Shown here: positions 1-8,241 of the stretch, one piece after another | How positions within the stretch are numbered: the first letter of the stretch is position 1 | Layout of the letters: each line of letters begins with the position of its first letter | Assembly (NCBI GenBank): GCA_009779355.1 | Contig: WREK01000001.1 | Location: 8,654 to 72,653 of the forward strand | Origin: Betaproteobacteria bacterium | Lineage (GTDB): Bacteria > Pseudomonadota > Gammaproteobacteria > Burkholderiales > Rhodocyclaceae | Direction: 5' to 3' | DNA length: 64,000 bases | The notes under the pieces: model-generated | What the model was told of the DNA's origin: nothing | What the model saw: only the letters and a program-made list of their open reading frames with translations | The model's database searches: none | Made by a program: the position numbers and the translations under genes

Positions 1-53
1 GACGGAGGTGTTCAACAGTGTAGCCGAAATTCTCAGTTAGGCAGTCTGCGAAG

Positions 54-73
54 TCTAGTAAATCCTTACTAGA
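54..73. promoter_or_regulatory. 20-bp palindromic operator TCTAGTAA-ATCC-TTACTAGA (first of 19 copies; see findings)
   Basis: Perfect inverted repeat that extends to 51-76; the motif recurs at 18 other intergenic sites. Confidence 0.85.
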
Positions 74-103
74 CTTCCTGTGACTGACGCTTACTATCAA
101 CAG

Positions 104-135
104 CAGTAATTCAGTAATTCTGCAATTCTGCAATT
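104..135 (+). repeat. Four tandem 8-mers, CAGTAATT x2 and CTGCAATT x2
   Basis: Read directly from the sequence. Confidence 0.75.
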
Positions 136-156
136 CAACAAGAAGGAGTCAGTGAA

Positions 157-945
157 ATGGCAAACCCGAATATCGACGACGAAGAACTAGAAGCTTTGAT
201 GGCAGAGCTGGAGGCTCAAAGCGAGGAAATTGCAGCCGCGCAGAAGGCGGCAGCAGAGACTCCAGCCAGCGAACCGGAGCCGGAGCTGGAGCCGGCAGCG
301 GAAGAGACGGAGGCCGAACCCGAGCTGACGCCGGAGACTGTCGAGGCTGAAACCGTCGAAATGGCGAATGAAGCCGAAGCCGAGCCTGTTCCTGTCATGG
401 CCGCTTCAGAAGAGCCGGAGCCGCGACGCCCAACTGAAACAATCAGTGTTGGCAACAACCTCCAGCACTACGTCGATGTTGATCAGTTCCGCACCGATAC
501 CTGCGTAACCGAGATCAATCTGGATCAGTGCATGATCGAACAGTCTGGATTGCGAGCCTACTATGGCGCTCTTGCCGCCCGCGCAGAAGCGCAGGCCGCC
601 CGTGTGAAATCCAAGTTCGAGGTCGTTGAGGCGACGCTTTACGATCATCACCGCAAGGCTTTGGCCGCGACCGGAGAAAAGACCACGGAGAAGATGGTGG
701 AAAACGCTGTCAAGCTCGATCCGCGCTGGCTCAAGGCGAAAAATCTGGTGATCGAGGCTGAAACCATCGCCAGCATCAACAAAAGTCTTGTCGAATCAAT
801 TAAAGACAGAAGGGACATGATTATCCAGCTTGGTGCCGACCGCCGCGACGAATACAAGGGCGCTGCCCGCGTCTTGGCAGAGCGAGGCGAGCGCGAAGAA
901 CTGCGCGAGCGAGCTATGCGAGCCATACAGAGTCGTGCCGCATGA
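157..945 (+). CDS. UvsY-like recombination mediator with acidic N-terminal extension
   Basis: Helical C-terminal domain resembling UvsY; lies next to SSB and RecA; AAGGAG RBS. Confidence 0.6.
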   Translation: MANPNIDDEELEALMAELEAQSEEIAAAQKAAAETPASEPEPELEPAAEETEAEPELTPETVEAETVEMANEAEAEPVPVMAASEEPEPRRPTETISVGNNLQHYVDVDQFRTDTCVTEINLDQCMIEQSGLRAYYGALAARAEAQAARVKSKFEVVEATLYDHHRKALAATGEKTTEKMVENAVKLDPRWLKAKNLVIEAETIASINKSLVESIKDRRDMIIQLGADRRDEYKGAARVLAERGEREELRERAMRAIQSRAA

Positions 946-1104
946 CGTAGGCAATCTTTCTTTTGAAACCGTAATCTAGTCAGAATTGACTATAATTTTT
1001 CTGCTGAAACGATGTAAGCAAGCGGTCTGATGGCAACGCCACTGGTCGCTTGTCCAAATCTAAAAGGCATCATCAAAGCAACCCAACTCTTGAAAGGAAA
1101 ACAA

Positions 1105-1935
1105 ATGGACGCTGCGAAACTGATGGAACTCATGAAGAGCAAGAAGCAGGCGCTCAAACAGCGGGGCAAAACGATCAAGCCCAACCCCGGCGCCAACCGC
1201 TACGTTCTGCTGCCGGGATGGCGCAAGGGCGAGGAACACGTCTGGTTCCACGATTTCGGCCAGCACTTCATCAAGGGTGTCGACAAGACGCTCCAAGCGA
1301 TTTACGTCTGCGTCGACAAGACTTTCGGCAACGCCTGCCCGGTCTGCGAAGGCTTGAGCAAGGCCATCAAGATGACCCATGACGACGAAACCGTGGCTCT
1401 CTTGAAGGAGGCTGTGTCGAAGAGTTCCTTTTTGATGAATGTGCTGGCGCTGGACAGTGACGATCCCGCCACGCCGCAGATTCTCGAAGTGGGCAAAACG
1501 GTGTTCGGCCAGATCATCGACACGCTTGACCATTGGGGGGAAGGCGTATTCGACGCAACTGCGCCGCAAATCATCGTCATCAACCGCGAAGGCAAGGGTC
1601 TGAATACCGAGTATTCGACGCAAGCGAGTCCGAAGAAGCACACGCTGCCGAGTGGTGTCTTGTCCAAGCTCAACAATCTCGACGAATACGTTCGCCAGGA
1701 AAGCGAAGAGAAGCAGCGTCGCGCCATCGCCGCCATCAACAACGTCGCAGGTTTGCTGCCATCGCCGAAAGATGTGCCGGCGACCAAAGGTGTCACATTT
1801 GACGCTGGCGACGACGAACTGCGCAGTCTGGAAGCGCAGCGTAGCGCGACCGTCTCCAAGCCCTCTGCTGCCGACATCGCGCTTGATGACGAACTGGACG
1901 ATCTCCTGAGTGGCCTGACCGGCACCGACAACTGA
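1105..1935 (+). CDS. gp32-like single-stranded DNA-binding protein
   Basis: H..C-x8-CPVC zinc site, acidic C-terminal tail (LDDELDDLLSGL), AAAGGA RBS before ATG 1105. Confidence 0.8.
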   Translation: MDAAKLMELMKSKKQALKQRGKTIKPNPGANRYVLLPGWRKGEEHVWFHDFGQHFIKGVDKTLQAIYVCVDKTFGNACPVCEGLSKAIKMTHDDETVALLKEAVSKSSFLMNVLALDSDDPATPQILEVGKTVFGQIIDTLDHWGEGVFDATAPQIIVINREGKGLNTEYSTQASPKKHTLPSGVLSKLNNLDEYVRQESEEKQRRAIAAINNVAGLLPSPKDVPATKGVTFDAGDDELRSLEAQRSATVSKPSAADIALDDELDDLLSGLTGTDN

Positions 1936-1954
1936 CGCGGTTTCGGCAACAAGG

Positions 1955-1982
1955 AAGCCCGCTCGCAAGGCGGGCTTTTTTT
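1955..1982 (+). terminator. Intrinsic terminator
   Basis: AAGCCCGC/GCGGGCTT stem followed by a T-run. Confidence 0.7.
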
Positions 1983-1997
1983 AACAGGAGAGCCTTA

Positions 1998-2903
1998 ATG
2001 GCAAAAGTTTTACTGATCGACGGCAACAGTTGGGGACACGCTGCCCATCACGCCACGAAACTCACGTCCGGCGAACTGCAAACGCAGGCTGTTTTTGGGT
2101 TTCTGAAAACGCTGCGTGACAAGAAGGCAGAACACCCGGGCTTCACGCCGCTCGTTCTCTGGGATGGGAGGGCGAAGTGGCGCTATGACATGCACCCGGC
2201 CTACAAATCGAACCGCGACAATGATCCGAAGAAGGTCGCCGAGCGCGAGCATTACAAGGCGCAGCGCCCCTATATCGCCCGCTGTCTTGAACATCTCGAC
2301 GTTCGGCAAATGAGCGCACCGACACACGAAGCCGATGACCTGGCCGGCTACATGGTCGCCAAGCTGACCGCGCAACCGGGCAATGAAATCATCCTCTCGA
2401 CGGGCGACATGGACTGGATTCAGTTGGTGCGCCCGAACGTGACCTGGATGGATCATCGCAACGACGCCAAGGTCGTGACCGTTGGCAACCTCATGGACAA
2501 GACTGGCTTCCCGACCCCGTATGCCTTTCTCGAAGGGAAGTGCTTGACGGGCGACAGCTCTGACGTGATTCCCGGCGTCGGTGGTATCGGCGACAAGGGA
2601 GCGCCAGAGTTCATCGCTGAGTTCGGTAGCGTTCGCAAGTTTTGGCAGCGTTGTGACAGTGGGGAATTTGCACCCAAAAGAAAAGCGCATTGCAATCTCG
2701 CAAGCCCGGAAGGTCGGGCGGCGTTCAAGCGCAATTTCCGCCTCATGCAACTGCTCAAGGTGGCAGCGCCCGACCAAAAGGATGTGCGCGTCACGCCGGG
2801 AAAATTTGACGCGGACAAACTCGCCGAGGTTTTCGAGGAACTGGCGTTCACGTCGATTCTGCGCACCTTGGACAACTTTATCAAACCCTTCAAAGGACAC
2901 TGA
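1998..2903 (+). CDS. 5'-3' exonuclease / flap endonuclease (T4 RNase H-like)
   Basis: LLIDGN, YKSNR, EADD, TGDMD and GDSSDVIPGVGGIG (HhH) motifs. Confidence 0.92.
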   Translation: MAKVLLIDGNSWGHAAHHATKLTSGELQTQAVFGFLKTLRDKKAEHPGFTPLVLWDGRAKWRYDMHPAYKSNRDNDPKKVAEREHYKAQRPYIARCLEHLDVRQMSAPTHEADDLAGYMVAKLTAQPGNEIILSTGDMDWIQLVRPNVTWMDHRNDAKVVTVGNLMDKTGFPTPYAFLEGKCLTGDSSDVIPGVGGIGDKGAPEFIAEFGSVRKFWQRCDSGEFAPKRKAHCNLASPEGRAAFKRNFRLMQLLKVAAPDQKDVRVTPGKFDADKLAEVFEELAFTSILRTLDNFIKPFKGH

Positions 2904-2905
2904 AA

Positions 2906-3169
2906 ATGAAGCAATTCCTCAAGGCGCTCTGGTGCGAACTACTCCAACACGCATACATGTGGATGGCAATTGTCGCCAGTTTGTTTGGCGCATGGACGCT
3001 TGCCTTTCCACTCGTGATGTTGGCCTTCTACGACAAGCTGGATTCGATCTTGAAGGAGATCCGCGATAGATCCACAACCGTTACCGTCGAACGGATTGTG
3101 TTCGACAAATCTTCTGGCGTCATCGCGCAGGACGAACGGGATATTGTCTTTGCCAAGAAGGAGGCTTGA
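2906..3169 (+). CDS. Small membrane protein
   Basis: Hydrophobic segment; tightly packed between neighbouring genes. Confidence 0.55.
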   Translation: MKQFLKALWCELLQHAYMWMAIVASLFGAWTLAFPLVMLAFYDKLDSILKEIRDRSTTVTVERIVFDKSSGVIAQDERDIVFAKKEA

Positions 3170-4185
3170 TGATGGGTGATCTTGCGGACTTCGCAGCAAA
3201 ACTGGACAAAGAACTTGGTCGCGTCGAACACGATTTTGGCATCAAGACTTGGCTCTCGACTGGCTTCCCGCCGCTTGATGAAGCCTTGAGTGGAAAACTG
3301 GTTGGCGGCGGTATGCCGTGTGGCCGCATCGTTGAAATCTTTGGCCCGTCGTCGTGCGGTAAGACCGCCATTTCGACGAAGGTGATGGCTGCTGCGCAAC
3401 AGGCTGGTGGCTTCGCCATGTTCATGGATCACGAACGCTCGTTCGAGCCAGTGCTGGCAACGCAACTTGGTCTTGACACGACTCGCGGACGGTTCTTTCA
3501 TGAGGTGCCTGAAACATTTGAGAGTTCTATTACGCAGGCACTCAAGACTTGCAAGGCCGCCCGCGAACAGAAGGTCATTGCCGACGATGCGCCAATTGTT
3601 GTGGTGTTCGATTCGCTCGCTGCAATGGTGCCGAAGAGCAAGATGGCGAAGGAGATCGACGAGCAGGGCATGAATGATTCGTTGGCCCTTGCGAAAGCGA
3701 CAAGCTCTGTGTTCCCGGCGCTGGCCGTCTTTGCGGAAAAACTCAACGTGCTGGTGCTGGTGCTGAACCAGATGCGCCTCAAGCCCGGAGTGGTTTATGG
3801 CGATCCAACCACCACACCCGGCGGTGAGGCTCCGCGCTACTACGCATCCATTCGCATTCAGCTTGGCGCCAAACGCATTGTTGAAGGCACTGGCGACGAC
3901 AAGAAGATGCTTGGGCAGGAGATCACGGCAAACTGCATCAAGAACAAGGTCAGTAGGCCGTTCATGCGGGCGAAGTGGGAATTTCGCTTCCGTGAGGATG
4001 GCACCGGCTACTTTGACGTAGTTAGCTCGCTGCTGGACTTCCTCGTTGATCGTGGCGTTATTGCCTCGTCTGGCCCTCGCGTTACCTGGACGGATGGTAA
4101 GAGCTATTTCAAAAAACAACTCGTCGCCAAAATCGAGGAAGAAACTGATGGCTACGAACAGTTGAAAGCGCTGTTGCCTAAATAA
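3166..4185 (+). CDS. recA: RecA/UvsX-family recombinase
   Basis: GRIVEIFGPSSCGKT, VVFDSLAAM, NQMR, TTPGG and KNKV motifs. Confidence 0.95.
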   Translation: MMMGDLADFAAKLDKELGRVEHDFGIKTWLSTGFPPLDEALSGKLVGGGMPCGRIVEIFGPSSCGKTAISTKVMAAAQQAGGFAMFMDHERSFEPVLATQLGLDTTRGRFFHEVPETFESSITQALKTCKAAREQKVIADDAPIVVVFDSLAAMVPKSKMAKEIDEQGMNDSLALAKATSSVFPALAVFAEKLNVLVLVLNQMRLKPGVVYGDPTTTPGGEAPRYYASIRIQLGAKRIVEGTGDDKKMLGQEITANCIKNKVSRPFMRAKWEFRFREDGTGYFDVVSSLLDFLVDRGVIASSGPRVTWTDGKSYFKKQLVAKIEEETDGYEQLKALLPK

Positions 4186-4238
4186 CCCAAATGACTGCTC
4201 CCCTATAATTTGATTGCATTCACTGTAGGGGAGCAATC

Positions 4239-4589
4239 ATGAATTTTCGCGTTATTGGCTTTATCCCGCCCATAATTGGCACAGAAGGCGAATTTAATAC
4301 GTTTCGCTTGGGAGGCTTTTACCACAAGAATCTTTCCATTGGAGAAACTGTGCTTCTCCTGAATGAGAAAGAGAAAATGGTTTTCGGTCGGGCAACGGTT
4401 CAAAGAATTGGGTTTGGAAAGCTTGGTGAAATGTTGGCGCTTCATGCGGCAACAAACCATACCGAGATTGGCAACGATTCAGAAACGGCGTCCGAAAGGT
4501 TGGGTGAAACAATCCGCCGCATTTATGGGCCGCATATTGCTACACCCAACAAGAAAACGACGGTGATTTTCATGAAGAGGACTGAATGA
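4239..4589 (+). CDS. Hypothetical protein
   Basis: ORF with GGGGAG RBS; overlaps the next gene. Confidence 0.6.
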   Translation: MNFRVIGFIPPIIGTEGEFNTFRLGGFYHKNLSIGETVLLLNEKEKMVFGRATVQRIGFGKLGEMLALHAATNHTEIGNDSETASERLGETIRRIYGPHIATPNKKTTVIFMKRTE

Positions 4590-4936
4590 GTATTGGCATT
4601 GACGATACATTTAAATTCGGCAAACACAAGGGAAAGACATTTGCCGAAGTGATGCTGATCTCGGACGGGCCGGGCTGGTGCGCTTGGCTCCGCTCCGAAA
4701 AGAAGAAAACCTCGGGCGTCACTGGCTTCAGCAAGGAGGCCAACGACGTGATCGACGAGGCGATCCGCAACGACAGATACCTGCGGTCGAAGTTCCAGAT
4801 CGAAAACATGACGCCGACCGATCTTGAGAAGGCAATCAAGCGTCAGGTCGATGCAGCGGCCAAAGCAGCGGCAGAGGAAGAAAGAGCCGTTGCGGTGCGT
4901 GATCTCGCCTATGCCGGCCAGTGGGGAGCGTGGTGA
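4586..4936 (+). CDS. Hypothetical protein with FKFGKHKG motif
   Basis: Common phage 'FGK(Y/H)KG' small domain. Confidence 0.6.
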   Translation: MSIGIDDTFKFGKHKGKTFAEVMLISDGPGWCAWLRSEKKKTSGVTGFSKEANDVIDEAIRNDRYLRSKFQIENMTPTDLEKAIKRQVDAAAKAAAEEERAVAVRDLAYAGQWGAW

Positions 4937-4937
4937 C

Positions 4938-5354
4938 ATGCCGAAGATCGTGTCTCGACGCCGACATGAGCGCAACGGCAAGTTCTACGGCCTCTGGCTG
5001 GAGTTCGACAGCGGCGAAAAGCTCTATGTTGCCTACCGCAAGGGCGTTGGACTTCGCACCACGGGCTACTTCCAAAAGACAAATTCCTGGTGCATCGACA
5101 CCATGACGCTCAACCACGCCACCGCTACGGGCGTGAAGTGGATCGCGGTCATCCACGATGTAGGCAAAGGGACGCGACACTATTACTCGACGCCCATCGA
5201 GGATTTTTACGGCCCGCGCTCCGGGGTTCATAGCGAAGGCAGCACCAGACAGCGGTTCTTGCCACGCGCCTTCTGGCTGAACAATCCCTACACTGATCCA
5301 GAGTTGATCGAAAAGAAGGTCAAGATCGCCGGGCGTGTTGCCAGAAAAATATAG
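4938..5354 (+). CDS. Hypothetical protein
   Basis: ATG 4938 follows the upstream stop; good codon usage. Confidence 0.6.
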   Translation: MPKIVSRRRHERNGKFYGLWLEFDSGEKLYVAYRKGVGLRTTGYFQKTNSWCIDTMTLNHATATGVKWIAVIHDVGKGTRHYYSTPIEDFYGPRSGVHSEGSTRQRFLPRAFWLNNPYTDPELIEKKVKIAGRVARKI

Positions 5355-5413
5355 TAAATCCTGACTATAATCAGTAGACTTGCGGTTATCGCATCACAAA
5401 TCAGGGAGAATCA

Positions 5414-5821
5414 ATGACATTGACAACCGCCATGCTGTGTATGGCATTGAACATCTACCATGAATCTAGGGGAGAGCCGCTTGGCGGCCAACATGCTGTG
5501 GCGCAAGTAACCTTCAACCGCGCTGGCCGTGACCCGGACAGGGTGTGCGAGGAAGTGTTCAAGCCAAAGCAATTTTCGTGGGCCAACAAGCTGACAGCGG
5601 CAAAGGGGGTGGAGCGCGAGCGTTTGGCGCTGCACTATATGCCGAAAGACAAGAAGGCGTGGAATGTCGCTAGAGGCATCGCGTATCATACAATCAACGG
5701 CAATGTCGCTGACTTTACGAATGGTGCCAAGTTCTACCACGCCAATACGGTGCGCCCAGTGTGGCGTCACGAGTTCAAGTTGGTTGCTGTCATCGGCAAT
5801 CATTTTTTTTACACTGCGTAA
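5414..5821 (+). CDS. SleB-like cell wall hydrolase (Hydrolase_2)
   Basis: NIYHESRGE, VAQVTFNR, QFSW and IGNHFFY motifs. Confidence 0.92.
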   Translation: MTLTTAMLCMALNIYHESRGEPLGGQHAVAQVTFNRAGRDPDRVCEEVFKPKQFSWANKLTAAKGVERERLALHYMPKDKKAWNVARGIAYHTINGNVADFTNGAKFYHANTVRPVWRHEFKLVAVIGNHFFYTA

Positions 5822-5841
5822 TCTAGTAAGGGTTTATTAGA

Positions 5842-6189
5842 ATGAAAAAAGTCCAAGTGTGCACGTCTTGTGGATCGCCCAACGTCTCGGTTGACGCGAG
5901 CTTCCATCTGAACACCAAAGAGGTTGATCTCCACGATCAATGCTACTGCCGCAACTGCGATGGCGGGTGCAAGGTGGAAGAGGTCGAAGTTGAGGATGAT
6001 TTCGACGCGAGGACGGATTTCTACTTGGAGAACGTCTATGTCTCCAAGCTGGAGAGTTTATGGGATACCGTTTCCAAAATGGTGGAGTGCGGCTGGCTTG
6101 ATCAATACCGAGGACATGTCGGCTACGAGGATTTGGTTAATGCAATGGTTGAACTGAATTGTATCAACGCCAAGATTGCGAGGGTGTGA
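5842..6189 (+). CDS. Zn-ribbon protein (paralog A)
   Basis: CxxC...CxxC. Confidence 0.6.
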   Translation: MKKVQVCTSCGSPNVSVDASFHLNTKEVDLHDQCYCRNCDGGCKVEEVEVEDDFDARTDFYLENVYVSKLESLWDTVSKMVECGWLDQYRGHVGYEDLVNAMVELNCINAKIARV

Positions 6190-6191
6190 TT

Positions 6192-6638
6192 GTGAAAAAA
6201 GTTCTTGTTTGCCAGATTTGTGGGTCGCCCCAAGTTTCCATCAGTCCAAATGTTTACAACAAACAGGACAGATACGAACACGCCATTTGTGCCAGTTGCT
6301 CAAGGCAACCAGACCCGGCAGTATGGGTCGAAGTGGATGACGACTTTGACACCTATTCGGATCGCTACGACTGGTCAAAAGACGAAAACAAGCACGTTGA
6401 TGCTTATTTGATGAGTTTTGAGTTATCGGATGAGAACTTTTGGCACGAGGGTCGAGTTTTAACCGAAGATGAGGCTCGGTATATCAAAAGGTTGGAGGAA
6501 TTAAGTCAAATGATTGTTGATGCAATGTGTTTCGGAACGCGCATTAGGGCCGAAGATTACAACAATTTGACAGAAGCGACGGATTACTTGGACAGCGTTC
6601 GCGCTGGACTTGATCATCACGAAGATGAGGAAGAATGA
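6192..6638 (+). CDS. Zn-ribbon protein (paralog B)
   Basis: CxxC...CxxC; N-terminus similar to the upstream ORF. Confidence 0.6.
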   Translation: MKKVLVCQICGSPQVSISPNVYNKQDRYEHAICASCSRQPDPAVWVEVDDDFDTYSDRYDWSKDENKHVDAYLMSFELSDENFWHEGRVLTEDEARYIKRLEELSQMIVDAMCFGTRIRAEDYNNLTEATDYLDSVRAGLDHHEDEEE

Positions 6639-7186
6639 AAATGAAAGAAATTGAAGAATGGAGGGATGTGCCTGGTTATGAGAGGCTGTATCAAGTTTCA
6701 AACCAGGGCAGGGTTCGAGTGCTAGACCGGCACATTAGGTATCCGAGCGGCAAAACGCGCTTCAAGCCAGGCCACGAACTGAAGCCTCAAGCAATCGGAA
6801 AGCTCGGACACTTGAAAATCGTTCTTTACAAGAACTCCAACTCAAAAAGTCGCCTTGTTCATCACTTGGTTCTTGAAGCGTTTGTTGGCGCACGTCCTGA
6901 CGGTATGGAGTGCTGTCACGGTGATGGCAATCCAATCAACAACAAAGTCGAAAATCTGCGATGGGATACGTCAGCGGCCAACAACGCTGACAAAACTCTG
7001 CACGGCACACAAAACACCGGCTCTAAGCATGGTTTAGCAAAGCTGGATGAATTTCGGGTGGCAGAAATTAAAAAACGACTCGATGCTGGCGAGAGTCAGC
7101 GAAGTATCGCTGTTTATTTTGGCATTCACCAAGTCAATGTAAGCAAAATCAATCGCGGCCTTCTCTGGTCGCATGTGGAAGGTTAA
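6635..7186 (+). CDS. NUMOD4-HNH free-standing homing endonuclease
   Basis: EEWRDVPGYE..YQVSNQGRVR (NUMOD4), VHHLVLEAF..CHGDGNPINNKVENLRW (HNH), C-terminal HTH. Confidence 0.92.
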   Translation: MKMKEIEEWRDVPGYERLYQVSNQGRVRVLDRHIRYPSGKTRFKPGHELKPQAIGKLGHLKIVLYKNSNSKSRLVHHLVLEAFVGARPDGMECCHGDGNPINNKVENLRWDTSAANNADKTLHGTQNTGSKHGLAKLDEFRVAEIKKRLDAGESQRSIAVYFGIHQVNVSKINRGLLWSHVEG

Positions 7187-7188
7187 TT

Positions 7189-8241
7189 ATGCGCCCCTAC
7201 GGCCTAATCGCTGATCTGCACCTTCATTCGTGGTCTGCCTTTTCCACGGTCAACGACGACGGCGTTAATTCCCGCCTGCGGATTCTCTTGAGTGAGATCG
7301 CTCGCTGCGCCAACGAAGTCAGAAAGGCTGGCGGCGATACCATCATCATCGCCGGCGATATGTTCCATGTGCGCGGCAGCGTTGCGCCATCCGTGCTGAA
7401 CCCGACGATGGACGTGCTTCGCAAGTTGATTGGATTGGATTTTCGTTTTGTCGTTCTGGCTGGAAACCATGATCTTGAAGGAAAAGAAGCCAACCGGCTT
7501 GGTTCCGCCATTACCGCACTCGAAGGCGTTGGCTGCACGGTGGTTAATGAGATACTGGACGGTCTTGACTGCGTGCTGGTCCCCTGGATACAGGATGTCG
7601 GGCTTTTGAAGGTGCAGATCGAAACCATCGTCGCCAGCCGCAGTGACAGGGACGAAGTGGATTTGATCCTGCACGCGCCAATCGACGGCGTGATCCCCGG
7701 TCTGCCCGATCATGGCCTCGCGCCCGATTACCTTGGCACGCTTGGATTTCGCTCAGTCTATGCCGGCCACTACCACCATCACAAGGAGTTCGACGGTTCC
7801 ATCTACTCCATCGGCGCGCTGGCCCATCACACATGGAGCGACATTGGCACGAAGGCGGGCTTTTTGATCGTTGGTGACGGCGGGCCAAGGTGGTTCAAGA
7901 GCCATGCGCCGGAATTTGTCGAAATCACCGCCGAAACCGATCCGGGAGAAATCCCGCTGCTGGCAGATGGCAACTATTGCAGGGCGAAGATCAACTCGAC
8001 CAAGGTGAAGGACGTAGAGGAACTTCGTGCTTACCTGACTAGCTGTGGCGCAAAGGGCGTGGTCATTCTGGCGCAGAAAGAGGCGACCGCGACGGCCCGC
8101 GAGGGTGGGGCGACGATCAAAGCCGGCGCTTCGCTCGACGTGAGCGTTGCCGATTTCATCAAGGCGCAGGGCTACAGCAATCCCGAAAGGCTGGCCGTGC
8201 TGTGTCAGGACATTTTGAACGAAACAAAGGGTGCGGCATGA
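7189..8241 (+). CDS. SbcD/Mre11/gp47-like nuclease
   Basis: DLH, GD, GNHD and GHYH metallophosphoesterase motifs. Confidence 0.9.
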   Translation: MRPYGLIADLHLHSWSAFSTVNDDGVNSRLRILLSEIARCANEVRKAGGDTIIIAGDMFHVRGSVAPSVLNPTMDVLRKLIGLDFRFVVLAGNHDLEGKEANRLGSAITALEGVGCTVVNEILDGLDCVLVPWIQDVGLLKVQIETIVASRSDRDEVDLILHAPIDGVIPGLPDHGLAPDYLGTLGFRSVYAGHYHHHKEFDGSIYSIGALAHHTWSDIGTKAGFLIVGDGGPRWFKSHAPEFVEITAETDPGEIPLLADGNYCRAKINSTKVKDVEELRAYLTSCGAKGVVILAQKEATATAREGGATIKAGASLDVSVADFIKAQGYSNPERLAVLCQDILNETKGAA

